Below are positions 22,775 through 31,026 of a stretch of 64,000 bases of DNA, in pieces. Below the pieces are notes generated by a model. The model searched no databases and was not told the origin of the DNA. It saw only the letters and a program-made list of their open reading frames with translations. Positions within the stretch are counted from its first letter, which is position 1. The number at the start of each line of letters is the position of its first letter. The stretch is from an uncultured delta proteobacterium (GTDB lineage Bacteria; Desulfobacterota; Desulfobaccia; Desulfobaccales; 0-14-0-80-60-11): the NCBI GenBank assembly GCA_963812015.1, contig CAWETI010000002.1, positions 416,001 to 480,000 on the forward strand, written 5' to 3'. Made by a program: the position numbers and the translations under genes.

Positions 22775-22802
22775 TGGTCGGGGCGGCGGGATTTGAACCC
22801 GC
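22775..22802 (-). mobile_element. Isolated 3' fragment of tRNA-Pro (att-site remnant, island left boundary)
   Basis: Reverse complement GCGGG-TTCAAAT-CCCGC-CGCCCCG-A-CCA = T-arm, acceptor 3' strand and CCA; no D-arm or anticodon arm upstream. Confidence 0.8.
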
Positions 22803-23016
22803 TTAATCATCAATTATATCAATGGCGTATAATGATTACCAATGACGTAAGATGATAACTTAAAAGGCTTTTCTAATCTCCCCCTTTTGGGCCGGATGTC
22901 ACCTATTATCATTTTCGGTCACAGGATTTCATTTGAATTGGGCACAGTTTTAGGCACAGATTCCTGAAATGAATAACCGGGTTCAGAGATGATTAAGATT
23001 TTTCCCGGGCGGGCCA

Positions 23017-23744
23017 GAGGCTCTGCGTTTCGCCTTTGCAGACGCTCGCTGTTATGTCTGCGCCCCCGCTAAAGCCGAACTGGATTGGCGCACCCTGTTC
23101 TCCGAAGAGTGCGCCCCAGCGTGTGCCGCCCTCATCAACCGCAAACGCCGCAATGCTAATATCAGGCACGGCACCCCCGTAGCAAGTAGCGACACCGTGC
23201 AGTTCTGCGCCGGAGATCGGAACGGCAACTCTGTTTCCATGGTCAACTCGATATACACCAACTTCGGTAGCGGCATCGTACCCGAGGGCCTTGGCTTCGT
23301 CCTCCAGAACCGGGGGTGCAACTTTACGTTTGTGGCGGACCTACCCCACCTGCACTGGCCCCAGCAACGCCGGGACCAAACCATCATCCCCTGCCTGACC
23401 CCCAACCCGGATGGCTACCTACACGTTGTGCCCGGCGTCATGGGCGGCTTCATGCAGCCGCAGGCACGTGCAATTTCTCAGTGCCATGTTTTGGAAGAAG
23501 GCCTCGATCCGCAGGCGGCGCTCGACCGCTCCGCTTCACGTGAACCCAGGCGATCATTTTCTCTTGAGGAGGGCATGTCGGAAGAGACTGTGGCGGCCAA
23601 ACCGCCATGGGTCATTCCACGTCTGTAGTGACCGGGTATGCCCGCAAGCTGTTTGGGCGCGGCCAGACCATCTTGAAATGCAGCGATGGGTTTTACGGAG
23701 GTCCCAGCGATCCGCGCTCTGATGGTGGCGTCTTCGGGCTGTAA
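23017..23744 (+). pseudogene. ggt: Gamma-glutamyltransferase, degenerate C-terminal fragment
   Basis: EALRFAFADAR, SDTVQF..DRNGNSVSMVNSIY.NFGSG...LQNRG, GVMGGFMQPQ, GRGQ, SDPRSDG across frames; 5' part absent. Confidence 0.8.
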
Positions 23745-23789
23745 CCTGATTGTGCGCCTTCTACCCGGGAACCATGTCAGTCTTTTCTA

Positions 23790-23930
23790 TTTTTTGCCCA
23801 GGTCAGGGCCGTTTGCAGCCCCAATTTCAAACGCTGACTTCCTCCCCTGACACTTACCCCTCATGCATGGGTCCGTACTCAAGTTGGCCCCGTTTGAGTG
23901 CCCTTTGTAGGCAGGCCCAAATTAAATTTG
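23790..23930 (+). repeat. Island repeat family, copy F
   Basis: Aligns by eye with 52506-52648 (TTTTTGCC.AGGT...CCGTTT..AGCCCC.ATTT..AACG...). Confidence 0.6.
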
Positions 23931-24470
23931 TAGACGCCAGGCTGAATAGCTCTTCTGCCTTGAAGGAGAAACCTGGTTCGGTGGGGTCCCAGGTCAATGT
24001 CGACACCTTTTCACGAAACACACTATCTGTTTCCCCTCAACCAACCGTATTTTCATATATCCATAACCCTCCCGATCGCATCTAAGCATATTCCATGGAG
24101 CCTTCAAGGCAATGACAGCGTTTACTGAAGCTTCCAGTGGCCAGGCATAAGGTAGAAGACTATCTTCTTATCCCTATCAGCTTTCGCAGGTGCATGAGGC
24201 CTTCAATAGCGGCTGCTGAAATAATTTTGTCGCTTGCTGCTCATCATAAGCAGCCCCGGGAGGGGTAATAGAGGATGTTTGGTGGTTTCCTGCCAGGATA
24301 CCAGGAATGTACCAGAGCTCGTTGTTTTCGCTCACGATGGGAGCCTTGCCTTGAGATGGAACCATAGAATACCTATCTTAATACATCAGCCCCAACAAGC
24401 TGCGTCAATGGCTATATTTTTATGCGATCCTTCAAGCTTCCAGAATCGAGTTGAGAAAGGATGGTGCGCT

Positions 24471-25466
24471 ATGAAAAAGGAGACCGACTTCGGGTTAATG
24501 ACCCGCCGGGATTTCGCGCGCGTCACGGCTGTGGCCGGCCTTAGCATCATGGCGGCGCCATATATCTCTCTGGGCGCTCCTCCCGCTGGCAAGCCGACCA
24601 CCCGGGTACTGGGGCGGACAGGCTTTGAGACCACAACCCTGGGCCTTGGCGGGCAGGCGTCACTGCAATGGACCCCAGAGGGAGAGAATCCCGAGCACAT
24701 CATCATCAAAGCCCTAAGCCTGGGCATCAATTACTTTGATACCTCTAACCTGTACGGGCCCAGCCAGTTGAATTATGGTAAGGCCTTTCGCACCTTGAAC
24801 CTCATTCCGGGCAACCCTGGGTACGATGAAGTCAAGCGGCGCTCTATTTATCTGGCGAGCAAAACCCGCCTGCGTTACGCGAAAGGTGAACCCACCACCG
24901 AGAGGCCTGTTAAAGACTTTACCAATGGGCTACCAGGCTCAAAAACCATCGATGACGTGAAGCGCACCCTGTCCCAAATCTTCGGAGATGGGCAAGGCAA
25001 CTATCCTCCCGGAGCCTACGCCGACCTATTTCAAATCCACAGCCTGCAAACCATCGATGATGTGGACGCAATTTATGAAGGGTTGGAGAACCCGGACCCC
25101 AAGGCGGAAAGGATTGGCGCATTGGCGGCACTCAGAGATTACCGGGACGGAACCAACCTCACCGGCTTGAACCCCAAGAATGAAAAATTAATCCGACACA
25201 TCGGCATCACGGGCCACCTCTCCTCCCCGGTGTTGATGGAATGCCTCCAGCGGGACGAGAAAAACCTGATTGACACCCTGCTCGTGGCCTTGAATGCCAA
25301 CGACCGCCGATACTTTAACCATCAATACAATGTGATTCCCGTGGCGGTGGCCAAGAATGCGGGCCTCATCGCCATGAAAGTCTTTGCGGACGGCGCCATG
25401 TACGGCAAAGGGAACTTCTTCTCCCGGGCTCCCGAACACGTGGTGCGTCTGACCTGCCCCCGATAG
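24471..25466 (+). pseudogene. Tat-signal aldo/keto reductase, 3'-truncated by IS3
   Basis: TRRDF twin-Arg motif; R.LGRTG, GINYFDTSNLYG, IHSL, IRHIGITGH, IAMKVF; the last codons (LTCPR*) come from the IS end. Confidence 0.8.
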
Positions 25467-25478
25467 TTGTACCAAGTT

Positions 25479-26380
25479 TTAAGTTAGAATTGGGGTCAAG
25501 TCAAGCCAGAGATCCTGGCGGAGCATAGCGTAGCCAGGATCTCTGGAAATCACCTGGATGGCCTCGGGTGCGGGTGGCCGATAACCCAAGGCGCTGTGAG
25601 GCCTTGCCGTATTGTATTCCCGCCGCCAGCGTTCTATAAGGATCTGGGCCTCCTTCAGGGTGGTGAAAATCTCCCCGTTGAGCAACTCATCCCGCAGTTT
25701 TCCATTGAAGCTCTCGTTGTAGCCATTCTCCCAGGGACTGCCAGGTTCAATGTAGAGCGTTTTGACTCCTACTCGGCTTAACCACTCCCGAACCGCCCTG
25801 GCCGTAAACTCCGGCCCGTTGTCTGATCGGATATAGTCTGGTGGGCGCCGTGACACAAACAGCTCTGTCAACCGATACAACACCGCATCTGCATCAAAAC
25901 GCCGGGACACCTCGATGGCCAGGCATTCCCTGGTGTACTCATCAATGATGGTGAGCATTCGGAAAGCTTTGCCATCGTGAGTCCGCGCCATCACGAAGTC
26001 ATAGGACCATACATGGTTCGGCCAGCAGGGCCGGAGACGAACACAAGATCCGTCGCTTAACCACAACCTGCCCCGCTTTGGCTGCTTCTGGGGCACCTTC
26101 AGCCCTTCCTGTCGCCAGATCCGTTCCATTCTTTTATGGTTCACCACCCAGCCGTCACTTCGCAGCAACGCCAGGATACGGCGATAGCCGTATCGCCCAT
26201 ACCTGCTGGCATGGCCAATGATGGCCGCAGTCAGCCCCACCTCGTCATCAGGCTCGGTGGCTTGGTAACGCTGGGTCGCACGCGGTTGCCCAATCACCCC
26301 GCAGACACGGCGTTCCGACACCGGCAGAGCCTTCCGGATATGCTCAATGCATTGCCGCCGACGGGTCGGGCTTAGAAGTT
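25479..26380 (-). CDS. IS3 OrfB DDE transposase (fused to OrfA by -1 frameshift)
   Basis: [42 protein letters not shown]; slippery GGGAAAC within 26378-26385. Confidence 0.9.
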
Positions 26381-26650
26381 TCCCCTTACCGCCTCCTGGA
26401 GGATCAGTTTATCCAGTGTGAGATCCGATACCGCCCGCCTCAGCCGGGTATTCTCTTGCTCCAGGGCCTTGAGGCGCTTGGCCTGCTCTATCTTTAAACC
26501 ACCATACTCCCGGCGCCAGCGATAGAAGGTCTGTTCGGCAATACCCAGGGTTCGGCAAACCTGGCCCACCGTCTCCCCCTGGGCCAAGGCCACCTCTGCT
26601 TCCCGCAACTTCCCAATGATCTGCTCCGGCGTATAACGCTTCCTGCTCAT
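26372..26650 (-). CDS. IS3 OrfA (HTH)
   Basis: [15 protein letters not shown]...[11 protein letters not shown]...[10 protein letters not shown]. Confidence 0.92.
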   Translation of the reverse strand: MSRKRYTPEQIIGKLREAEVALAQGETVGQVCRTLGIAEQTFYRWRREYGGLKIEQAKRLKALEQENTRLRRAVSDLTLDKLILQEAVRGNF

Positions 26651-27272
26651 CTCCCTGCCTCCCTTCGATCCACTACTCTAACTTAACATGTGGATCAGTT
26701 TTTGGGGGGCAGGTCATTGGCTTGACCCGCCGTAAGATGCTTTGATTGTAATATGCCTGACCAGGGCCAATCTGGGAATAAGGACATACCCGGATTTTAG
26801 CCTTCAGATTAAAGGGGTCTTAATGGAGGGATGTCTGTATATACAGGTAGGACACCCGGAAGTACCAGCCATAACGGGGCCAGACGAGGTTGACAGGATC
26901 CTGGGAGGGGGGCCTAGAGGTGGTCACCAGTTCTACCGGAAGGAATCAGGCGATTGAGAGGTCGGCAAGTTTTCGATATCTATTCAATTCTTATACGAAA
27001 TATCTGGCCTGGATCCCCGAAGGAGCCCAGGCCAGACAAGAGAAACATGGAACGTATCAATTTGCACTATACTTCAAAACTGGTTGCTGTCAAGAAAATT
27101 AGGGGATGAGTAATTTCTTTGCCGGAAAAGAAGTTATCTCACCGTCGTACAGATTGATGATAGGCTCGTAGGGTGGACGATCTGGGTTCACCAAGGGGGA
27201 GGGGTGGGTGGCCAAGCGGCGCGGGGACTTTCCCCGGAAAAGCGAGGTTAAGCAATCGCCGATCTCAGCCTC

Positions 27273-27620
27273 CTACTCCCACCGTTCCTTGATAATTTCT
27301 GTATTCACGGTGTCAAACACCTCGGAATGATGCTCTATTTCAAACCACCGCATAAAGGTTTTATAGTCGCGTTTTGAGGGCCACCAATCAGGATCAGTAC
27401 AGAAGGCATCTAACTCTCTCTCAAAAATGTCCGCGTGTATCCTCTTGATAAATTTTTGGGCCTGGAGATCATTACCGAACTCGGGTAACAGAAGCACGGT
27501 GCAGTCGGTCTGGAGATCGGCCAGCGTAAAGAACTCCTCATTATCTGGCAGGGCATTGAGCCAGTCCAGAAAGGGTTGTTTGGGTTTTACCACCGCTATG
27601 GAGCGGTTGATGGTATCCAT
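27273..27620 (-). CDS. Conserved hypothetical protein (INRS.AVVKPKQPFLDW family)
   Basis: 115 aa from ATG 27620 after GAGGA; WPSKRDY.TF..WF.IE.HS motif. Confidence 0.65.
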   Translation of the reverse strand: MDTINRSIAVVKPKQPFLDWLNALPDNEEFFTLADLQTDCTVLLLPEFGNDLQAQKFIKRIHADIFERELDAFCTDPDWWPSKRDYKTFMRWFEIEHHSEVFDTVNTEIIKERWE

Positions 27621-27779
27621 TTGTTCATCCTCATGTCGGTGCGGTTCAGCGATGAATTGATTGGCGACTTCCAAAACCCTGGCACCCCGGCCTCAGCGAT
27701 TCGCCCAGGTCAAGCCTCTCGTGGCTGAGAGCCAAGCTATATGGATTAAGTTAATGGCGTACAGCCAAGCGTGAGCCTC

Positions 27780-27866
27780 GGCCTATGGGCATGATCCTAA
27801 CCCCGGCCAACGGCTTCGGCGTGGATGATGACCTGGTGCTTGGCATCGATGAGGGCCTGACTGCGA
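27780..27866 (-). pseudogene. IS1182-like transposase fragment
   Basis: Reads SQALIDAKHQVIIHAEAVGRG*DH; similarity recalled, not searched. Confidence 0.5.
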
Positions 27867-27990
27867 TGGCCAATACCGCTCTGGACTCGATTTCGTCAGA
27901 TGAGAAGGTTGTCCGGAACGTAGGATTTGCATCACTATCGCATCACCCAGGGCATGGTTGGCTAACAATGGCATCCCCGGAACTCGTCAA

Positions 27991-29214
27991 CTACGAGGTT
28001 TCCTTGACCAAAACCTCACGTCTGGCCAGACTTGGAAACAAGGGGATCCATAGGGCCACCACGACTAAGGTACAAATACCGCCGAGCACCACCGACGGTA
28101 CGGTGCCAAGCCAGGCGGCGGTGACTCCGGACTCGAATTCACCGAGCTGGTTGGAGGTGCCGATAAAGATAAAATTGACGGCGCTCACCCGGCCCCGTTT
28201 CGCATCCGGCGTCTCCAACTGCACCAATGACGAGCGAATCACTACGCTGATCATATCGCTACCGCCCAGCGTCGCGAGTGCGGCCAGGGACAGCAAAAAG
28301 GAGCGGGAAAGACCGAAGACGATAGTGGCAATCCCAAATCCGATCACCGCAGCGAACATAGTTCTCCCCACGCGGCGCTGGAGTGGTCTCCGGGCGAGAT
28401 AGACTGACATTGCCAGCGCCCCTACGGCCGGCGCGGCCCGTAGCAACCCCAGTCCCCAGGGACCGGTGAAGAGAATGTCCCGGGCATAGATGGGCAAAAG
28501 CGCCGTAGCCCCCCCCAGCAGCACCGAGAACAGATCCAGCGAGATGGCCCCCAGGATATCGGGCTTGCTGCGGATATAGGCGATCCCCCCGAACACTGAT
28601 CTCAACGTCGGCGGCTCTCGGCGTAGCGCCACCAAAGGAGCGGATATTGTTAGACAAGACAGGACCGCCAAGAAATAGCAGGCGGTGCTACTGGCATAGG
28701 TGAAGCCGGCGCTGGCGATGTAGACAATACCGCCCAAGGCCGGCCCGAGGATGATTCCGACCTGCCGGCCCGTGGCACTCCAGGTGAGACATTGGGGTAA
28801 CAGCTCCGGCTCTATCAGCGAAGGCAGAAAAGCCTGCATGGTCGGCGACTCGAAGGCCCGCGCCGCACCGATCAGAAAAACGCAGGCCAGGATGAGCTCC
28901 CGATTAAGACAGTGGGTGAAGCTGCCGACAGCCAGCGCCGTTGCCATAACGCCTTCAATCGACAGGCAGATTAAAAGAATGCGCCGCCGCTCATAGCGGT
29001 CGGCGACATGGCCTACCACCAGGGTCAGCAGGAATTGGGGCAGGAACTGCGCCAGTCCGACGAGACCAAGGGTGAAGGCGCTGTGAGTCAGGTCGTAAAT
29101 CTGCCAACCCACTGCCACCGCAAGCATCTGATAGGCGAGAAAGGAAGCGGTCTGCCCAAGCAGAAACCGCTTGAAGGCAGGAATAGCCAAGGGTTGCCTT
29201 TTGCTCGACTGCAT
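27991..29214 (-). CDS. MFS transporter (MFS_3/EntS-like)
   Basis: 12-TM pattern, GHVADRYERRR motif A, ISLDLFSVLLGGATALLP, SNQLGEFESG. Confidence 0.9.
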   Translation of the reverse strand: MQSSKRQPLAIPAFKRFLLGQTASFLAYQMLAVAVGWQIYDLTHSAFTLGLVGLAQFLPQFLLTLVVGHVADRYERRRILLICLSIEGVMATALAVGSFTHCLNRELILACVFLIGAARAFESPTMQAFLPSLIEPELLPQCLTWSATGRQVGIILGPALGGIVYIASAGFTYASSTACYFLAVLSCLTISAPLVALRREPPTLRSVFGGIAYIRSKPDILGAISLDLFSVLLGGATALLPIYARDILFTGPWGLGLLRAAPAVGALAMSVYLARRPLQRRVGRTMFAAVIGFGIATIVFGLSRSFLLSLAALATLGGSDMISVVIRSSLVQLETPDAKRGRVSAVNFIFIGTSNQLGEFESGVTAAWLGTVPSVVLGGICTLVVVALWIPLFPSLARREVLVKETS

Positions 29215-30019
29215 GTAACGCCAGTTTCCTCCTCGAAGGCTGCAGGGCTTTGCTGGGCAGGGGGCTTAGCCTGCACCCCCTATATAAGCTTTAAGTATGT
29301 ATCATCTCGAGAGCAAAGAGCAATAGTCGAGCCAGGTGCGGCGAACAGAGGCAAACCCTGCCTAGCCATTTGCTGAGGAATTATTGAGGGAAATTGCTGA
29401 GGGCTGGAGTTCCGGGTCACCGCCACCAGGCGGCGTAGAGCAAAGTCCGGACCAGGGTCATGCCCGTGCAGAAGTGAATCTGGATGGCCAGGGTCTGGGT
29501 GGTGATAAATTTCGGCTGGGTGGGGTCGGTGGGCCACGGCTTCGGCGGATGGCCCTGACGGCCAGGGGCAAGGGAGCCAGCGCCGTCATAATAAAATCGA
29601 ACAGCCCGAAAATTTCCAGGTGCACAATCCGGCAACCAAGAGCTTTCAGGACTTGTTGAAGCGGCTTGGAAAGCGGGTGATAATCCGGCGGACCACCGAA
29701 GATGAACTTCTTTATGCCTCAAGCTTTTTAAAGGGAATTATCTACTTAACTCCCCAAATTTTCTATTCCGGGGCTTGTCCTAACTGTAAACAGACTATGG
29801 ATACCTACTTCTCTAAACCTATTGAAACTAAAGGATAATTTATGACTTTCACTTTATGGTTTCACTCTAACATGCATGTACATCGGCAATCACAGGCTGT
29901 AGGGGACTTAAATCCAATAACTCAATTAATATGGAGACATATAAAAAACAATCATCTTCTAAGCAATAGAACTTTTGACAACTTATATAATCTAATTTGG
30001 CATTTCTAAGGGGTGATTT

Positions 30020-30334
30020 ATGAAAATCGGCGTTTGTTATAAAGCAAGAGAGGACAGTTTTATCACGGCATTTGATTATGACCAGGCTATTTATGATCTT
30101 ATGTGTGCCAAAGAACAACTTACACCTGATGGGAAGTCCTGCTCTGTTTGTGGCGATGGAGGACATCAAGCATGGGAGTGTCATCATAACCCCCTGGTGA
30201 TGACCCGCAGGGCTGCAAAGGAACGGGCAACTTATAGATGTTTCCATTGTGGTCAATCTTTCATGGATCAAGATACGGCCGCAGACCATTTCGGCAAACG
30301 GGATGAAAGAGAATATCCGGTATGTAAAGGTTGA
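30020..30334 (+). CDS. Small putative zinc-binding protein (passenger)
   Basis: CSVC...H...CHH and CFHC-x12-HF motifs; GGGGTG RBS-like sequence. Confidence 0.6.
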   Translation: MKIGVCYKAREDSFITAFDYDQAIYDLMCAKEQLTPDGKSCSVCGDGGHQAWECHHNPLVMTRRAAKERATYRCFHCGQSFMDQDTAADHFGKRDEREYPVCKG

Positions 30335-30336
30335 AA

Positions 30337-30507
30337 ATGACAAAAAGACCTCCCAAAATCCTAACTAAAATTGTCGATAAAGTCTTATCCTATCGTCCTG
30401 AACCCAAAACTGAATCAGCCAAAAAACGCCAGAGAAGGGATGATGAAAGGCTAATCGCAGTCGGGAAAAGGATTTTAGCCAATGTATCAGAACCAAAAAG
30501 GGACTAA
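30337..30507 (+). CDS. 56-aa basic protein (MTKRPPKILTKIVDKVLSYRPEPK...) ending in the right IR
   Basis: Read directly from the sequence (below the ORF-track cutoff); stop overlaps the IR. Confidence 0.5.
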   Translation: MTKRPPKILTKIVDKVLSYRPEPKTESAKKRQRRDDERLIAVGKRILANVSEPKRD

Positions 30508-30649
30508 AGTATATAATTCCCTTTTTAAAGGGCATCATTACCGACCGATTCCTTGCGGTGAGCAATCGAACAATCACGGTATATCGACTTGCCCACTTGC
30601 CATTTATCCCACAGATAATCACCTACTCCAGTTTTCCCACATAAACTTG

Positions 30650-30905
30650 CCTCAAGCGACCCCAAAACGCCATCGAGAGGCATACCCTGTGGGTATCCCA
30701 GGGGTAGACGCTGATCGTTCAAATTTGGGGCTTGAGAGGGCACTTTACCAAGGGAATTTCAACTCTGGCGGCGCCGGTAGAGGTATGTAGTTTTTCCGCC
30801 TTCAAAACGTTTAGTGTGGGGGCATGGACGGTATCCTTCGTTTCGATATGGCGATCATATATATAACTCACTGGAATTTTAAAGAAGTTATGCTAGTGGC
30901 AAGCT
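30650..30905 (+). repeat. Island repeat family, copy E (core plus right arm)
   Basis: GTTTAGTGTGG at 30809-30819; 30840-30905 matches 48251-48316 (GATATGGCGATCATAT...CTGGAATTTT...TGCTAGTGGCAAGCT); left limit approximate. Confidence 0.75.
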
Positions 30906-30951
30906 CTAGAAACTTTTGTATCCTAAGTTTCCGCTTTCTCTTTGGCAAATC

Positions 30952-31015
30952 ATCTATGGCTTGACTTGACCCCCATCCTAACTTAAAAATTGGTAAATTT
31001 GCTGGGGGCAGGTCA
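30952..31015 (+). mobile_element. Solo right end of an IS3 element related to 25450-26716
   Basis: GGCTTGACTTGACCCC.AT.CTAACTTAAAA.TTGGTA.A....GGGGGCAGGTCA matches the reverse complement of about 25450-25510. Confidence 0.85.
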
Positions 31016-31026
31016 AGGGGAGAAAC

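Larger units (their letters stand above)
25450..26716 (-). mobile_element. IS3-family insertion sequence, 1267 bp
   Basis: Terminal IRs TGACCTGCCCCC...GGGGGCAGGTCA; orfA/orfB; no flanking direct repeat. Confidence 0.93.
29733..30521. mobile_element. Non-autonomous IS1595-type cassette (789 bp) with passenger genes
   Basis: IRs GGGAATTATCTACTT / AAGTATATAATTCCC (14/15 match); 8-bp target duplication TTTTTAAA at 29725-29732 and 30522-30529; AT-rich interior; no transposase. Confidence 0.82.

Noticed and set aside
22775..22802. Functional tRNA gene
   Set aside because: Only the T-arm and acceptor 3' strand are present; treated as an att remnant
26975..27002. pdif/Xer site (ATTTCGTATAA on the minus strand)
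   Set aside because: No XerD-like half-site (TTATGTTAAAT) at 6-bp spacing
29280..29722. Possible gene fragment interrupted by the IS1595-type cassette
   Set aside because: Rejoining the flanks gives a short open frame but no recognisable protein
25450..31015. Active composite transposon
   Set aside because: No target duplication; the right end is a short diverged remnant
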